This document shows positions 24,006-32,000 of a stretch of DNA of 32,000 nucleotides, piece after piece. The stretch is from Candidatus Saccharimonas sp. Its GTDB lineage: Bacteria > Patescibacteriota > Saccharimonadia > Saccharimonadales > Saccharimonadaceae. How positions within the stretch are numbered: the stretch's first letter is position 1; each line of letters starts with the position of its first letter. The notes under the pieces are model-generated. The model ran no database searches and was not told where the DNA came from. It was given only the letters and a program-made list of their open reading frames with translations. The stretch lies in assembly GCA_015256915.3 (NCBI GenBank), contig CP076101.2, positions 420,001 to 452,000 on the forward strand. The letters run 5' to 3'. The position numbers and the translations under genes are program-made.

Positions 24006-25151
24006 TTAAAATTCTTTCAAAAAATCAATAATCCAAGTTTTATATTTCGAAAGCTTATCTATATATATAAATTCATTCTGGTGATGAGCTTCATCCCATT
24101 CACCCGGCCCAAAAACAACTATTTGAGCATTTTTCAACCCATTCACGAATTCGCCCTGATCGGTTGCTCCTGGACTAACCATAATCGATTCTTCATTTAA
24201 TTTTGAAACTTTCAAAATATTTTCAATAACCCTTGATTTTTTTGAAACAAGGCTTGAAGGAACCGGCTCACTATGATACTCCCACTTAAAATCATATTTT
24301 TCAGCCAATGAATTGAAGGTATTTTTAAAATCAGAGTCAAGTTCAGGCGTGGTCCGAATATCTAGAATCAATTCAGCAGAAGGCGCAGTTTTATTTGGAC
24401 TTTTATCTTCACCAGATTTCAATGAAGTTGGGACCAAACTTGGCGAACCTAAAAAATCGTTCGAAAAACTTTCTTGCCAATTTTTAAAAATATCATCAAT
24501 TCGTGACAGAAAGAATGAAGCTTTCGAAAGTGCAGATTTCTGAAAATTCGCCTGTTGTGAAGCGTGGCCACTTTCGCCTTTAAATTTTAATCGAACAAAA
24601 CGATTTCCACGATGACCAATTTCAATATTTTCACAATTTGTTGGCTCGGCAATTACTCCAAAAAATTCGCTATAATCAAATTCTTTTTGTTCATTCAACC
24701 ATTTTACAAAATTTCGACTTCCACGGCCATCAATTTCTTCATTAGAAACTGCAACCAGCCAAAGGTCAAAATTACTTTCAAAATTATTTTCTTTGACAAA
24801 TTCAAGACCAGCAATAAATTGAGCCGCTAGCCCACCTTTCATATCACTCGCACCCAAGCCAATAATTTTTCCGTTCATTTCAGTCGCTTCCCAAGGTGAT
24901 CTCTCCCAGGCTCGCAAATCACCAGCTGAAACGGTATCAATGTGCCCTGTCAAAATAATTGCTCGACTACTTTTCGAAAACTCATTTCCATTTGTTCTAA
25001 TTCTTAAAACGCCAGCCGCAAAATCTTTATTTTGCCAAACTTCGGCCGAATTCTCCCTTAAAAAATCTGCCAAAAATTCTAAAATCTCTGTCTCATTCCC
25101 AGAAACGCTCTCGATTTCAATAAGTTTTTTTGTTAGCTCAATTTCGTTCAT
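24006..25151 (-). CDS. M20-family metallopeptidase/deacylase (ArgE/DapE-like)
   Basis: The N-terminus is LIEIESVSGNE. The motifs are LTGHIDTV, GASDMKGG, SNEEIDGRGS and HRGN. Confidence 0.85.
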   Translation of the reverse strand: MNEIELTKKLIEIESVSGNETEILEFLADFLRENSAEVWQNKDFAAGVLRIRTNGNEFSKSSRAIILTGHIDTVSAGDLRAWERSPWEATEMNGKIIGLGASDMKGGLAAQFIAGLEFVKENNFESNFDLWLVAVSNEEIDGRGSRNFVKWLNEQKEFDYSEFFGVIAEPTNCENIEIGHRGNRFVRLKFKGESGHASQQANFQKSALSKASFFLSRIDDIFKNWQESFSNDFLGSPSLVPTSLKSGEDKSPNKTAPSAELILDIRTTPELDSDFKNTFNSLAEKYDFKWEYHSEPVPSSLVSKKSRVIENILKVSKLNEESIMVSPGATDQGEFVNGLKNAQIVVFGPGEWDEAHHQNEFIYIDKLSKYKTWIIDFLKEF

Positions 25152-25159
25152 TTCAACCT

Positions 25160-26104
25160 CTATAAAATCTCAATTATTTTATCGCTTATCTTCGCTTCAA
25201 TAGTTTGCACTTTTTTAATTTTGCAAACCTCGCCTTCAATTTGAATTACAATATTTTGCGGTTTTCGAAAAGCTATCTCTACACGATCAACCCTTTTAAG
25301 CGGAATTTTACCAAAAAAACCTTTTATTAAGAACGGAGAATTCCGTATAAGTCCTGCTGAATTTAAGACTTCAAATCCAAAATTATCACTATCATTTTTA
25401 TTAATTGAGCTTCGCATAATCCTAGCCATCCTTGGCCCATTCATAAAAACAATATCAGTTGGATTTTGTGGAATATTTAAAAAATCTTCATCGTTAATTT
25501 TAATTTTCGAAAGATTTAAAATGTGATTACGGCAATGTTTAAAATAAAATCGTGTTGCAGCAGAAAGCGAAAGAATTAAACGTATATTTCGATTATAAAC
25601 CTTTTTCAAAACCTTTCGGATTCTTCCACCTTCAAAAATTTCAGCCATTTCAGCAGTCAAGCCAACCGTTGCGTAAAGTGGCGCATATCTAAAAAATTCA
25701 CCATTAATTCTTAATTCAATTGGTCTAATTTTAGCTTGAACCTTTAATGTTTCAAAAGACTTAATTGCCGCTTTTCCGCTATTTTTTGAAAAACTATGAG
25801 CATAATCGTTGAAGTTTCCAAATCCTGTAAATTTGATTTTTATGTTCTTTTTTTCAGAAATAGCCACAGCATTTGCTGCAATATGTGCCGTTCCATCACC
25901 ACCAGCAACTAGAATAATATCATCATCCTCTAATCCTTTTGCCATTTCATGAGCATTTTCCATAGGTGAAGTTGGTTGAATTTCAAAAGTTTTAAAACTA
26001 CCTTTTTCAAAATGAGTTTCATCTAAAAAAGGCAAAATCTTTTTTCGAATCAGTTCGAAACCGCTTGAGCGAGGATTTACAACAAGTGTAAGATTTTTCT
26101 TCAT
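25160..26104 (-). CDS. Diacylglycerol/lipid kinase catalytic-domain protein (YegS/BmrU family)
   Basis: The signature ILVAGGDGTAHIAANA (GGDGT) is present. The length and layout are typical of DAGK_cat lipid kinases. Confidence 0.8.
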   Translation of the reverse strand: MKKNLTLVVNPRSSGFELIRKKILPFLDETHFEKGSFKTFEIQPTSPMENAHEMAKGLEDDDIILVAGGDGTAHIAANAVAISEKKNIKIKFTGFGNFNDYAHSFSKNSGKAAIKSFETLKVQAKIRPIELRINGEFFRYAPLYATVGLTAEMAEIFEGGRIRKVLKKVYNRNIRLILSLSAATRFYFKHCRNHILNLSKIKINDEDFLNIPQNPTDIVFMNGPRMARIMRSSINKNDSDNFGFEVLNSAGLIRNSPFLIKGFFGKIPLKRVDRVEIAFRKPQNIVIQIEGEVCKIKKVQTIEAKISDKIIEIL

Positions 26105-26150
26105 ATTGGTATTATTTTACCATATTTTTGTTTTTTCAACAAATATAAGA

Positions 26151-26936
26151 TTATTTCTTTTTTAGTTCAAGCGTTCTCGGAGCAACAAATCCAATCAAAA
26201 CAATCGCCATCAAAACTGCAAAACCGCACATAATTGACGGAATTCCTTCAATCGTGGATGGGTTTACAATATTCACAATTGTTGTTGGTAAAATAAACGC
26301 AATATACCCGCTGATCAGCCATTTTAAAGCTGATATTTTTCGAAGGTTTTCACTATTTATAATTTCATTAAGTTTTTTAGAACGTGAAATAAATATTCGT
26401 AAAATTCCACGATTATTTTCTCTTGACATCTTCGAAATCTGACTCCAGCAGAAAAATACCGCTACAAAAAGCCACCCATAATAATAAAGCGTATAAAGCA
26501 ATGTTGCAACTCCATTTGGCGTGTTAAAAACTGAATAATTCGCTCGACAAGTATTTTCTCCGGTAAAAACGCTTCTACTTACAAATACAAAATAAATCGA
26601 AAAAAGTACACAAGTTAAATAAGAAGTTTTTACCAAAATACCTGCTTTTTTACCAGAAATTTCGTGTGCTAAATGCAAACCAAGTGGTGGTAAAAGCGTT
26701 ATTGCAAGATAGCCAAACCTAGCCCAATCCATTCCAGAAAAATGCTCTGTCCCACAAACCATGAATTCAGCAGCTTGAAAGCCTGCCAAACTCATTAAAA
26801 GTAAAATTATTAGTGTGCGAATTTTACTTGGCTTATATTTAAAAATTGCAAATGCCGCTGAAAAACTTTCGAAAATAAAAGTAATTAACATTATGGTTGG
26901 CGAGAAGCAATAAAGTCTAGATGATTTTTTATTCAT
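26151..26936 (-). CDS. Hypothetical polytopic membrane protein (about 7 TM helices)
   Basis: The ORF is long with multiple hydrophobic helices and conserved-looking Cys residues (FMVCG, MCGF). No family is recognised. Confidence 0.55.
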   Translation of the reverse strand: MNKKSSRLYCFSPTIMLITFIFESFSAAFAIFKYKPSKIRTLIILLLMSLAGFQAAEFMVCGTEHFSGMDWARFGYLAITLLPPLGLHLAHEISGKKAGILVKTSYLTCVLFSIYFVFVSRSVFTGENTCRANYSVFNTPNGVATLLYTLYYYGWLFVAVFFCWSQISKMSRENNRGILRIFISRSKKLNEIINSENLRKISALKWLISGYIAFILPTTIVNIVNPSTIEGIPSIMCGFAVLMAIVLIGFVAPRTLELKKK

Positions 26937-27038
26937 AATAATTAAAATTTTATATTAAAATCGGTAAAAAATCAATAAAAAACACCAAAAAATGAACATT
27001 ATCATCAGCTTTTAGATAAAATTCTAAAAAGAATATTT

Positions 27039-28493
27039 CTATTCTTCAATTGTCATTTTTAAACGGTTCAAAGAATATCCGCCAGAATTATTCTGAATAA
27101 AACTATAAATATATTTATTATCATTAGAAAGCGTAAATGGAAGATTCGAAATTGCTCGCGAAAGAATTTGTTTATTCATTCCATCAAAATCATAAATCGC
27201 CATTCTTTCACCTTCAAAATCACCTAAAATAAAATCATCAAGCCATTTTATCTTACCATCATTTGATACCGAGAATTGATATTCATTCCGCGTTTCAATA
27301 TCAAAAGAATAAACATCTTTGCCCTTTTTCGCAACTAGAATCCGAGACTCACCATTTAGCTTTAAATAATCTGGCGAGAATTTCAAATTAAGCGTTTTGG
27401 TTAAATGCATTTTTTCTGTCCAGCTAGCAGATTTATAAATATCAATTTTCGAGTCTTGCCCAATATAAACGTAACTCTCTCGATAATATCGCCCAATCGC
27501 AACCTTTGGTTGATTTTTTATATTTTTCGCAATTTCAATATTTTTATCATTTTTTCGAAGACCGACCGAAAAATCGTTACTCGTTGTTTTTTTCTCAACA
27601 TAAACAATATTCTCTTTGTCATAAAGTTCAAAATCAACAACATCACTTAAAATTGCTGCGGAAATTGTACTATTTGAAAGATTGATTTCTCGCAAATCTG
27701 ATCCAGAAATTCCAATGAGTTTATTTAATTCATCATTTGAAGGTATAATTTTCGAAAAATCAATATGGAATTTTTGAGTTAAATTAATAGATTCATCTGG
27801 ATTTTCAAAATTCAAAATAAGCCATTCAAGTTTATTGCCATTTTTAAAACTTAAGAGCGCTTTTTTATTATCATTTGAAGCTTTCGAAAATTGTAAATTT
27901 TCTGCAATTTTATAAAAATTGGTTTGGTTTATACTTTTATTATTTTGCGAATCGCGCTCAAAAATATTCAAGTTAAAATTAATTCTTGAGATTTTTGGCT
28001 CCCTTAAAGAAATATCAATCAGCCAAAAAGCCGCTTCACCATTGTTGTCTTCAGAAATTACAAAAATCTTCTTTTTATCTGGTGAAACTTGAGCAGATTT
28101 TAAATTTAAAATATTTAGAAAACTCTTTTCATTAAGTTGTTTTGGAACTAATCTTGCATAATTTAGCCACAAGATTTCACCAACTTTAACTTCAGCACGC
28201 CGCCACCAAGTTTTATAGCCTTCTTTCCAGATTGAAAATTCGTGATTTCCTGGTTTTGCGAGTATTTTTGTAGGTGTTCCTTCTGACAATTTTTTTTTGT
28301 CAATTTCGGCAATTGAATTTAAAACTGAAGAATTAAATTGAACTAAACCAGTTTGTTGAACTTCAAATTTTTCATCAAGCCGCCAGCCTTGTGTTAAAAA
28401 AACTAAAATTAAAACAATACTAAAAACAGTTGTCGTCATCGCAAGGTTTTTGAAGAAGACGAGTGCATTTTCCTTCTTTCGAGAAATCTTCAT
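27039..28493 (-). CDS. Hypothetical membrane-anchored protein with a PEGA-like domain and a long beta-rich extracytoplasmic region
   Basis: It has an N-terminal TM helix. The segment KPGNHEFSIWKEGYKTWWRRAEVKVGEILWL resembles a PEGA domain. The remainder is repetitive and beta-strand-like, possibly a propeller. The start is set at ATG 28493 (MKISRKK). Confidence 0.55.
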   Translation of the reverse strand: MKISRKKENALVFFKNLAMTTTVFSIVLILVFLTQGWRLDEKFEVQQTGLVQFNSSVLNSIAEIDKKKLSEGTPTKILAKPGNHEFSIWKEGYKTWWRRAEVKVGEILWLNYARLVPKQLNEKSFLNILNLKSAQVSPDKKKIFVISEDNNGEAAFWLIDISLREPKISRINFNLNIFERDSQNNKSINQTNFYKIAENLQFSKASNDNKKALLSFKNGNKLEWLILNFENPDESINLTQKFHIDFSKIIPSNDELNKLIGISGSDLREINLSNSTISAAILSDVVDFELYDKENIVYVEKKTTSNDFSVGLRKNDKNIEIAKNIKNQPKVAIGRYYRESYVYIGQDSKIDIYKSASWTEKMHLTKTLNLKFSPDYLKLNGESRILVAKKGKDVYSFDIETRNEYQFSVSNDGKIKWLDDFILGDFEGERMAIYDFDGMNKQILSRAISNLPFTLSNDNKYIYSFIQNNSGGYSLNRLKMTIEE

Positions 28494-28555
28494 ATTAAAA
28501 TAATTATACCATAGTTTGGCCACTTTTAGCAAATAATATTTTTGAAATAAAACTC

Positions 28556-28584
28556 TTGCGAAAGGCTTTTTTTGGTGCTAAAAT
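28556..28584 (+). promoter_or_regulatory. Predicted eno promoter: TTGCGA-17-TGcTAAAAT, with the ATG 6 nt after the -10 (leaderless)
   Basis: The sequence is TTGCGAaaggctttttttggtgcTAAAATggaaatATG. Confidence 0.55.
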
Positions 28585-28590
28585 GGAAAT

Positions 28591-29868
28591 ATGGAATACA
28601 CAATTAAAGACATTAAAGGACGACAAATTTTAGACTCTCGTGGCAACCCAACAGTTGAGGCGGATGTAATTTTAGAAAACGGAGCTTTTGGCCGAGCCGC
28701 GGTTCCGAGTGGGGCATCAACAGGTTCGGGTGAAGCTCTTGAACTTCGTGACGGTGGTTCAGCTTTTGGTGGAAAAGCCGTAACGAAAGCAGTTTCAGCT
28801 GTGAATAACCAAATTCGTGGAGCCCTAGTCGGCAAGAATGCTGAAGATCAAGAAGCGATTGATAAAATCATGATTGAACTTGATGGCACAGAAAATAAAT
28901 CTTCCCTCGGAGCAAATGCAATTTTAGCAGTTTCACTTGCTACTGCAAAAGCTGTTGCAAATGCGAAAGGTGTAGAACTTTGGCAATATATCGCTGAAAA
29001 AACAAATTCAACACCAAATCTTCCTCTTCCTATGATGAATGTGATGAATGGTGGTGCACATGCTGGCTGGGCAACTGATATTCAAGAATACATGATTATG
29101 CCAGTTGGTGCAAAAACTATTTTCGAAGCAGTTCAAATGGGTGCAGAAACTTTCCACGCTTTAGCAAAAGTTTTGAAAACTAAAAATTACCCAACGACTG
29201 TTGGCGACGAAGGTGGTTATGCTCCAAAAGTTCAAAATGGCAATGAAGAGCCGCTTGAATTGATTTCAGAAGCTATTAAAGACGCTGGATATGAACTTGG
29301 CAAAGATATCGCCTTTGCTTCAGATCCAGCTTCAAGTGAATTCTATAAAGAAGAAAAGTATGATCTAAAAGCTAACGATGCAATCCTTTCAAGTGAAGAG
29401 ATGATTGAATTTTATGAAAATCTAACTTCGAAATATCCTTTTGTTTCAATCGAAGATGGCTTAGCTGAAAATGACTGGGATGGATGGAAGATTCTTACCG
29501 AAAAACTTGGTTCAAAAATTCAGCTTGTTGGTGACGACCTAATGGTTACAAATTCGAAACTTCTACAAAAATCAATCGATTTAGGTGTCGCGAACGCAAT
29601 TCTTATTAAACCAAACCAGATCGGCTCTTTGACAGAAACAATCGAAGCTGTAAAATTAGCACAAAATAATGGCTACAATACTGTTATGAGCCACCGTTCA
29701 GGTGAAACCGAAGATGTAACAATTGCGCATTTAGCTGTAGGATTGGGCTGTGGGCAGATCAAGACTGGTTCACTCTCACGAACTGATCGAGTTGCAAAAT
29801 ATAATGAATTAATGCGAATTGCAGAAGCTCACCCAGAACTTGAACTTGCAAAACCTTTCAAAAAATAA
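28591..29868 (+). CDS. eno: Enolase (phosphopyruvate hydratase)
   Basis: The sequence is [22 protein letters not shown]...[16 protein letters not shown]...DDLMVTN...[17 protein letters not shown]...SHRSGETED. Confidence 0.97.
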   Translation: MEYTIKDIKGRQILDSRGNPTVEADVILENGAFGRAAVPSGASTGSGEALELRDGGSAFGGKAVTKAVSAVNNQIRGALVGKNAEDQEAIDKIMIELDGTENKSSLGANAILAVSLATAKAVANAKGVELWQYIAEKTNSTPNLPLPMMNVMNGGAHAGWATDIQEYMIMPVGAKTIFEAVQMGAETFHALAKVLKTKNYPTTVGDEGGYAPKVQNGNEEPLELISEAIKDAGYELGKDIAFASDPASSEFYKEEKYDLKANDAILSSEEMIEFYENLTSKYPFVSIEDGLAENDWDGWKILTEKLGSKIQLVGDDLMVTNSKLLQKSIDLGVANAILIKPNQIGSLTETIEAVKLAQNNGYNTVMSHRSGETEDVTIAHLAVGLGCGQIKTGSLSRTDRVAKYNELMRIAEAHPELELAKPFKK

Positions 29869-29884
29869 TAATTTAGAATAATTA

Positions 29885-29913
29885 AAAATCTCCAGAATCT
29901 AACTGGAGATTTT
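29885..29913. terminator. Bidirectional terminator between eno and dnaE
   Basis: The sequence is AAAATCTCCAGaatctaaCTGGAGATTTT. Confidence 0.7.
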
Positions 29914-29922
29914 ATTTTACTT

Positions 29923-32000
29923 TTAATCCTTAAGAACAACGCAATCTTCGCCTAGTAATCTCACTAGCTCTTTTGGCAAATCTGAATTTGAGTCAACTTT
30001 AAATGGCATTCGAATTGCAGATTTCTCAACCTCGCCGAGAACCAAAATTATCTCACTCATACCTGGGAATTTTCCACAGATCTTCTTTACTGAAAGCAAT
30101 GATTCATGATCACTTGGATTTTTAATATGTACGAAGACTCTTTGTATTTTTTCAGCTTGATAGTTTTCTGCTGATCTCGACGGATTTGATGTCGACTTTT
30201 CTGAAGATCTATTCAAAACCGCACTGCTATTATTTTTAGGAGTAAATGCTTTTTTCTGTATATTTGAAACATTTTGCGAAACTGTTTTCGTTTGAGGAAC
30301 TTTTCTCGCCTTTAAGTCATCTGCCCTACGACCAGTAGATTCATAATTTTCCAATTCTTCATCTGTTATTATCGAAACTGTTTCTGCTATAATCTGAGCA
30401 TCAGATTTTAAATTACCTTCCCTATCGCGGGCGGAAATTTTTCCTTCAATTTTTAAAACCGCATCAATTTTAAGCTTTTCGCTAATTTCAGAATAAAGAT
30501 TCGGGAAGATAATCACCTCTCCTTCAGAAGTTTTGTCTTCCATCTTCACAAACGCCATTTTTGTTCCAGATTTCGTTATAATCGTTCGAATATCAATCAC
30601 AATTCCACCAATAGTCGCTTTTTGACCGTCAGTATTCGGTTGAACCTGTGAAAGTGGCTGAGTTTGCTCTTCGAAATATTTAACATATCTGTCGAGTGGA
30701 TGCGCTGAGACGTAAAGCCCTAAAAGCTCACGCTCCCAAGTTAGACGCTCCTTGTCGGTGTGTTGTTTCGGCGCGTTGATTAATTCAATTGATGATTCAA
30801 CTCGCATATCTTCAGCACCCGCAAAGCCGAATAAATCAGTCTGGCCTGAAAGTGCCTCTTTTTGAGATTTCGAACCATATTCCTGGATTCTTTCAAGATT
30901 AAAAAGCAAATCTGAGCGAGTTCCAAATTGGTCAAAAGCCCCAGTCATAATTAATGAATCCCAGGCCTTTTTATTAAATTGGCGGGCGTTAACACGTTTT
31001 GCAAAATCTAAAATTGAAGTAAATTTACCGTCAGCTTTTCGAGCATTCAAAACTGCATCAACTGCACCACTACCAACAGCCTTCACCGCTAAAAGACCAA
31101 AACGAATTTTATTCTCGTGTGGTACAATTGCAAAATCCTTGAATGATTCATTTACATCTGGACCAAGAACCTCAATTCCCATAGAACGGCATTCGGCAAT
31201 CTCAATCGCTAAACGGTCGGTGTCATCAGAGTCGGCTGTCATTAATGCCGCCATGAAAGCATCTGGGTAATGTGCCTTAATATAAGCTGTCCAATAGGCA
31301 ATTAAAGCATAGCACGCCGCATGCGACTTATTGAAACAATAGTTAGCAAATTCCTCCAAATGTTCCCAGAAAGCCTCAACTTTTCCTCGGTCGGCGTTAG
31401 AATGTTTTACTGCTCCTTCAATAAACTCGCCCTTCATTTTCTTCATCAAGTCGATTTTCTTTTTACCCACGGCCTTTCGAAGCGTATCCGCCTGACCACC
31501 AGTAAATCCGCAAACTTCCTTCGAAATCTGCATAAATTGCTCCTGATAAACCAAAATTCCATAAGTATTTTTAAGAGCATTCTCCATATGATCTTCATAG
31601 TAAGTAACTGGCTCTTCACCGTGTTTTCGAGCAATAAATTTTGGAATTTCGCTCATTGGCCCAGGTCGATAAAGTGCAACCATGGCGATAATATCTTCAA
31701 ACTTTGAAGGTTTAAGCTCCCGCAGATATCGCTTCATTCCAGCGGATTCAAGCTGAAAAACACCGGTTGAATCACCACGAGCTAATAATTCATAAGCTTT
31801 TTTATCATCAAGGCCAAGTTTCGAAAGGTCAAGGTCAATACCATATGTTTTTTTGACAATTTTTTGCGCAGTTGAAATAATTGAAAGGTTTTTAAGTCCC
31901 AAAAAGTCCATTTTTAAAAGACCTAAATCTTCAACCTGGCCCATCGGAACTTGAGTTGCCACAACACCTTTTTGTGCCATTTCAAGAGGTAGATATTTCA
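29923..32000 (-). CDS. dnaE: DNA polymerase III alpha subunit, C-terminal two-thirds; the gene continues past the right edge
   Basis: The motifs are GLLKMDFLGLKNLS, ALYRPGP and FNKSHAACYALIAYWTAYIKAHYP, followed by an OB-fold region and a serine/asparagine-rich C-terminal linker. The frame stays open upstream of the annotated Met at 31980 (..KYLPLE-MAQKG). Confidence 0.95.
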   Translation of the reverse strand, partial: KYLPLEMAQKGVVATQVPMGQVEDLGLLKMDFLGLKNLSIISTAQKIVKKTYGIDLDLSKLGLDDKKAYELLARGDSTGVFQLESAGMKRYLRELKPSKFEDIIAMVALYRPGPMSEIPKFIARKHGEEPVTYYEDHMENALKNTYGILVYQEQFMQISKEVCGFTGGQADTLRKAVGKKKIDLMKKMKGEFIEGAVKHSNADRGKVEAFWEHLEEFANYCFNKSHAACYALIAYWTAYIKAHYPDAFMAALMTADSDDTDRLAIEIAECRSMGIEVLGPDVNESFKDFAIVPHENKIRFGLLAVKAVGSGAVDAVLNARKADGKFTSILDFAKRVNARQFNKKAWDSLIMTGAFDQFGTRSDLLFNLERIQEYGSKSQKEALSGQTDLFGFAGAEDMRVESSIELINAPKQHTDKERLTWERELLGLYVSAHPLDRYVKYFEEQTQPLSQVQPNTDGQKATIGGIVIDIRTIITKSGTKMAFVKMEDKTSEGEVIIFPNLYSEISEKLKIDAVLKIEGKISARDREGNLKSDAQIIAETVSIITDEELENYESTGRRADDLKARKVPQTKTVSQNVSNIQKKAFTPKNNSSAVLNRSSEKSTSNPSRSAENYQAEKIQRVFVHIKNPSDHESLLSVKKICGKFPGMSEIILVLGEVEKSAIRMPFKVDSNSDLPKELVRLLGEDCVVLKD

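Noticed and set aside
28578-28835. Minus-strand ORF antisense to the 5' end of eno
   Set aside because: The enolase frame is unambiguous. The antisense ORF is Pro/Ala/Arg-rich, as expected for the reverse of a Gly/Ala-rich region.

Overview
AT-rich (about one-third G+C by eye), gene-dense, mostly minus-strand bacterial chromosome. The content is mainly housekeeping. Translation and RNA: rplL, rplJ, rplS, gltX, a TrmH-family methyltransferase, tRNA-Leu(CAA), tRNA-Gly(GCC). Replication and repair: dnaE (partial), radA, an RNase HII-YraN fusion. Metabolism and stress: eno, ppa, RelA/SpoT (partial). Gram-positive-type envelope genes: a MurF-like ligase, an LtaS-like sulfatase, a sortase, a lipid kinase. 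Pilus genes: a type IV pilin and a PilB ATPase. There are also several membrane or secreted proteins of unknown function. Composition and gene content fit a reduced-genome bacterium such as a Saccharibacteria/Patescibacteria (CPR) member; this is inference only, with no search run. I see no rRNA, CRISPR array, transposase, integrase or reverse transcriptase, and no multi-gene cassette I can defend as a new defence or secretion system. The signals I consider most likely to be undescribed are listed here. (1) The palindrome TTCGAA occurs about 100 times, roughly 10-fold over expectation, in all reading frames and in intergenic DNA. (2) Two nearly identical full-consensus promoters (TTGACA-17-TGcTATAAT) are followed by structured RNAs rather than start codons: about 250 nt at 9256-9504, and about 140 nt upstream of murF. 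(3) About 13 genes have a -10 box only 6-9 nt before the start codon and no Shine-Dalgarno, suggesting pervasive leaderless mRNA. (4) There is a heavily decayed pilin paralog. (5) The tRNA-Gly has a compensated U19:A56 elbow pair. All coordinates of hairpins and promoters were derived by hand and may be off by a few nt.
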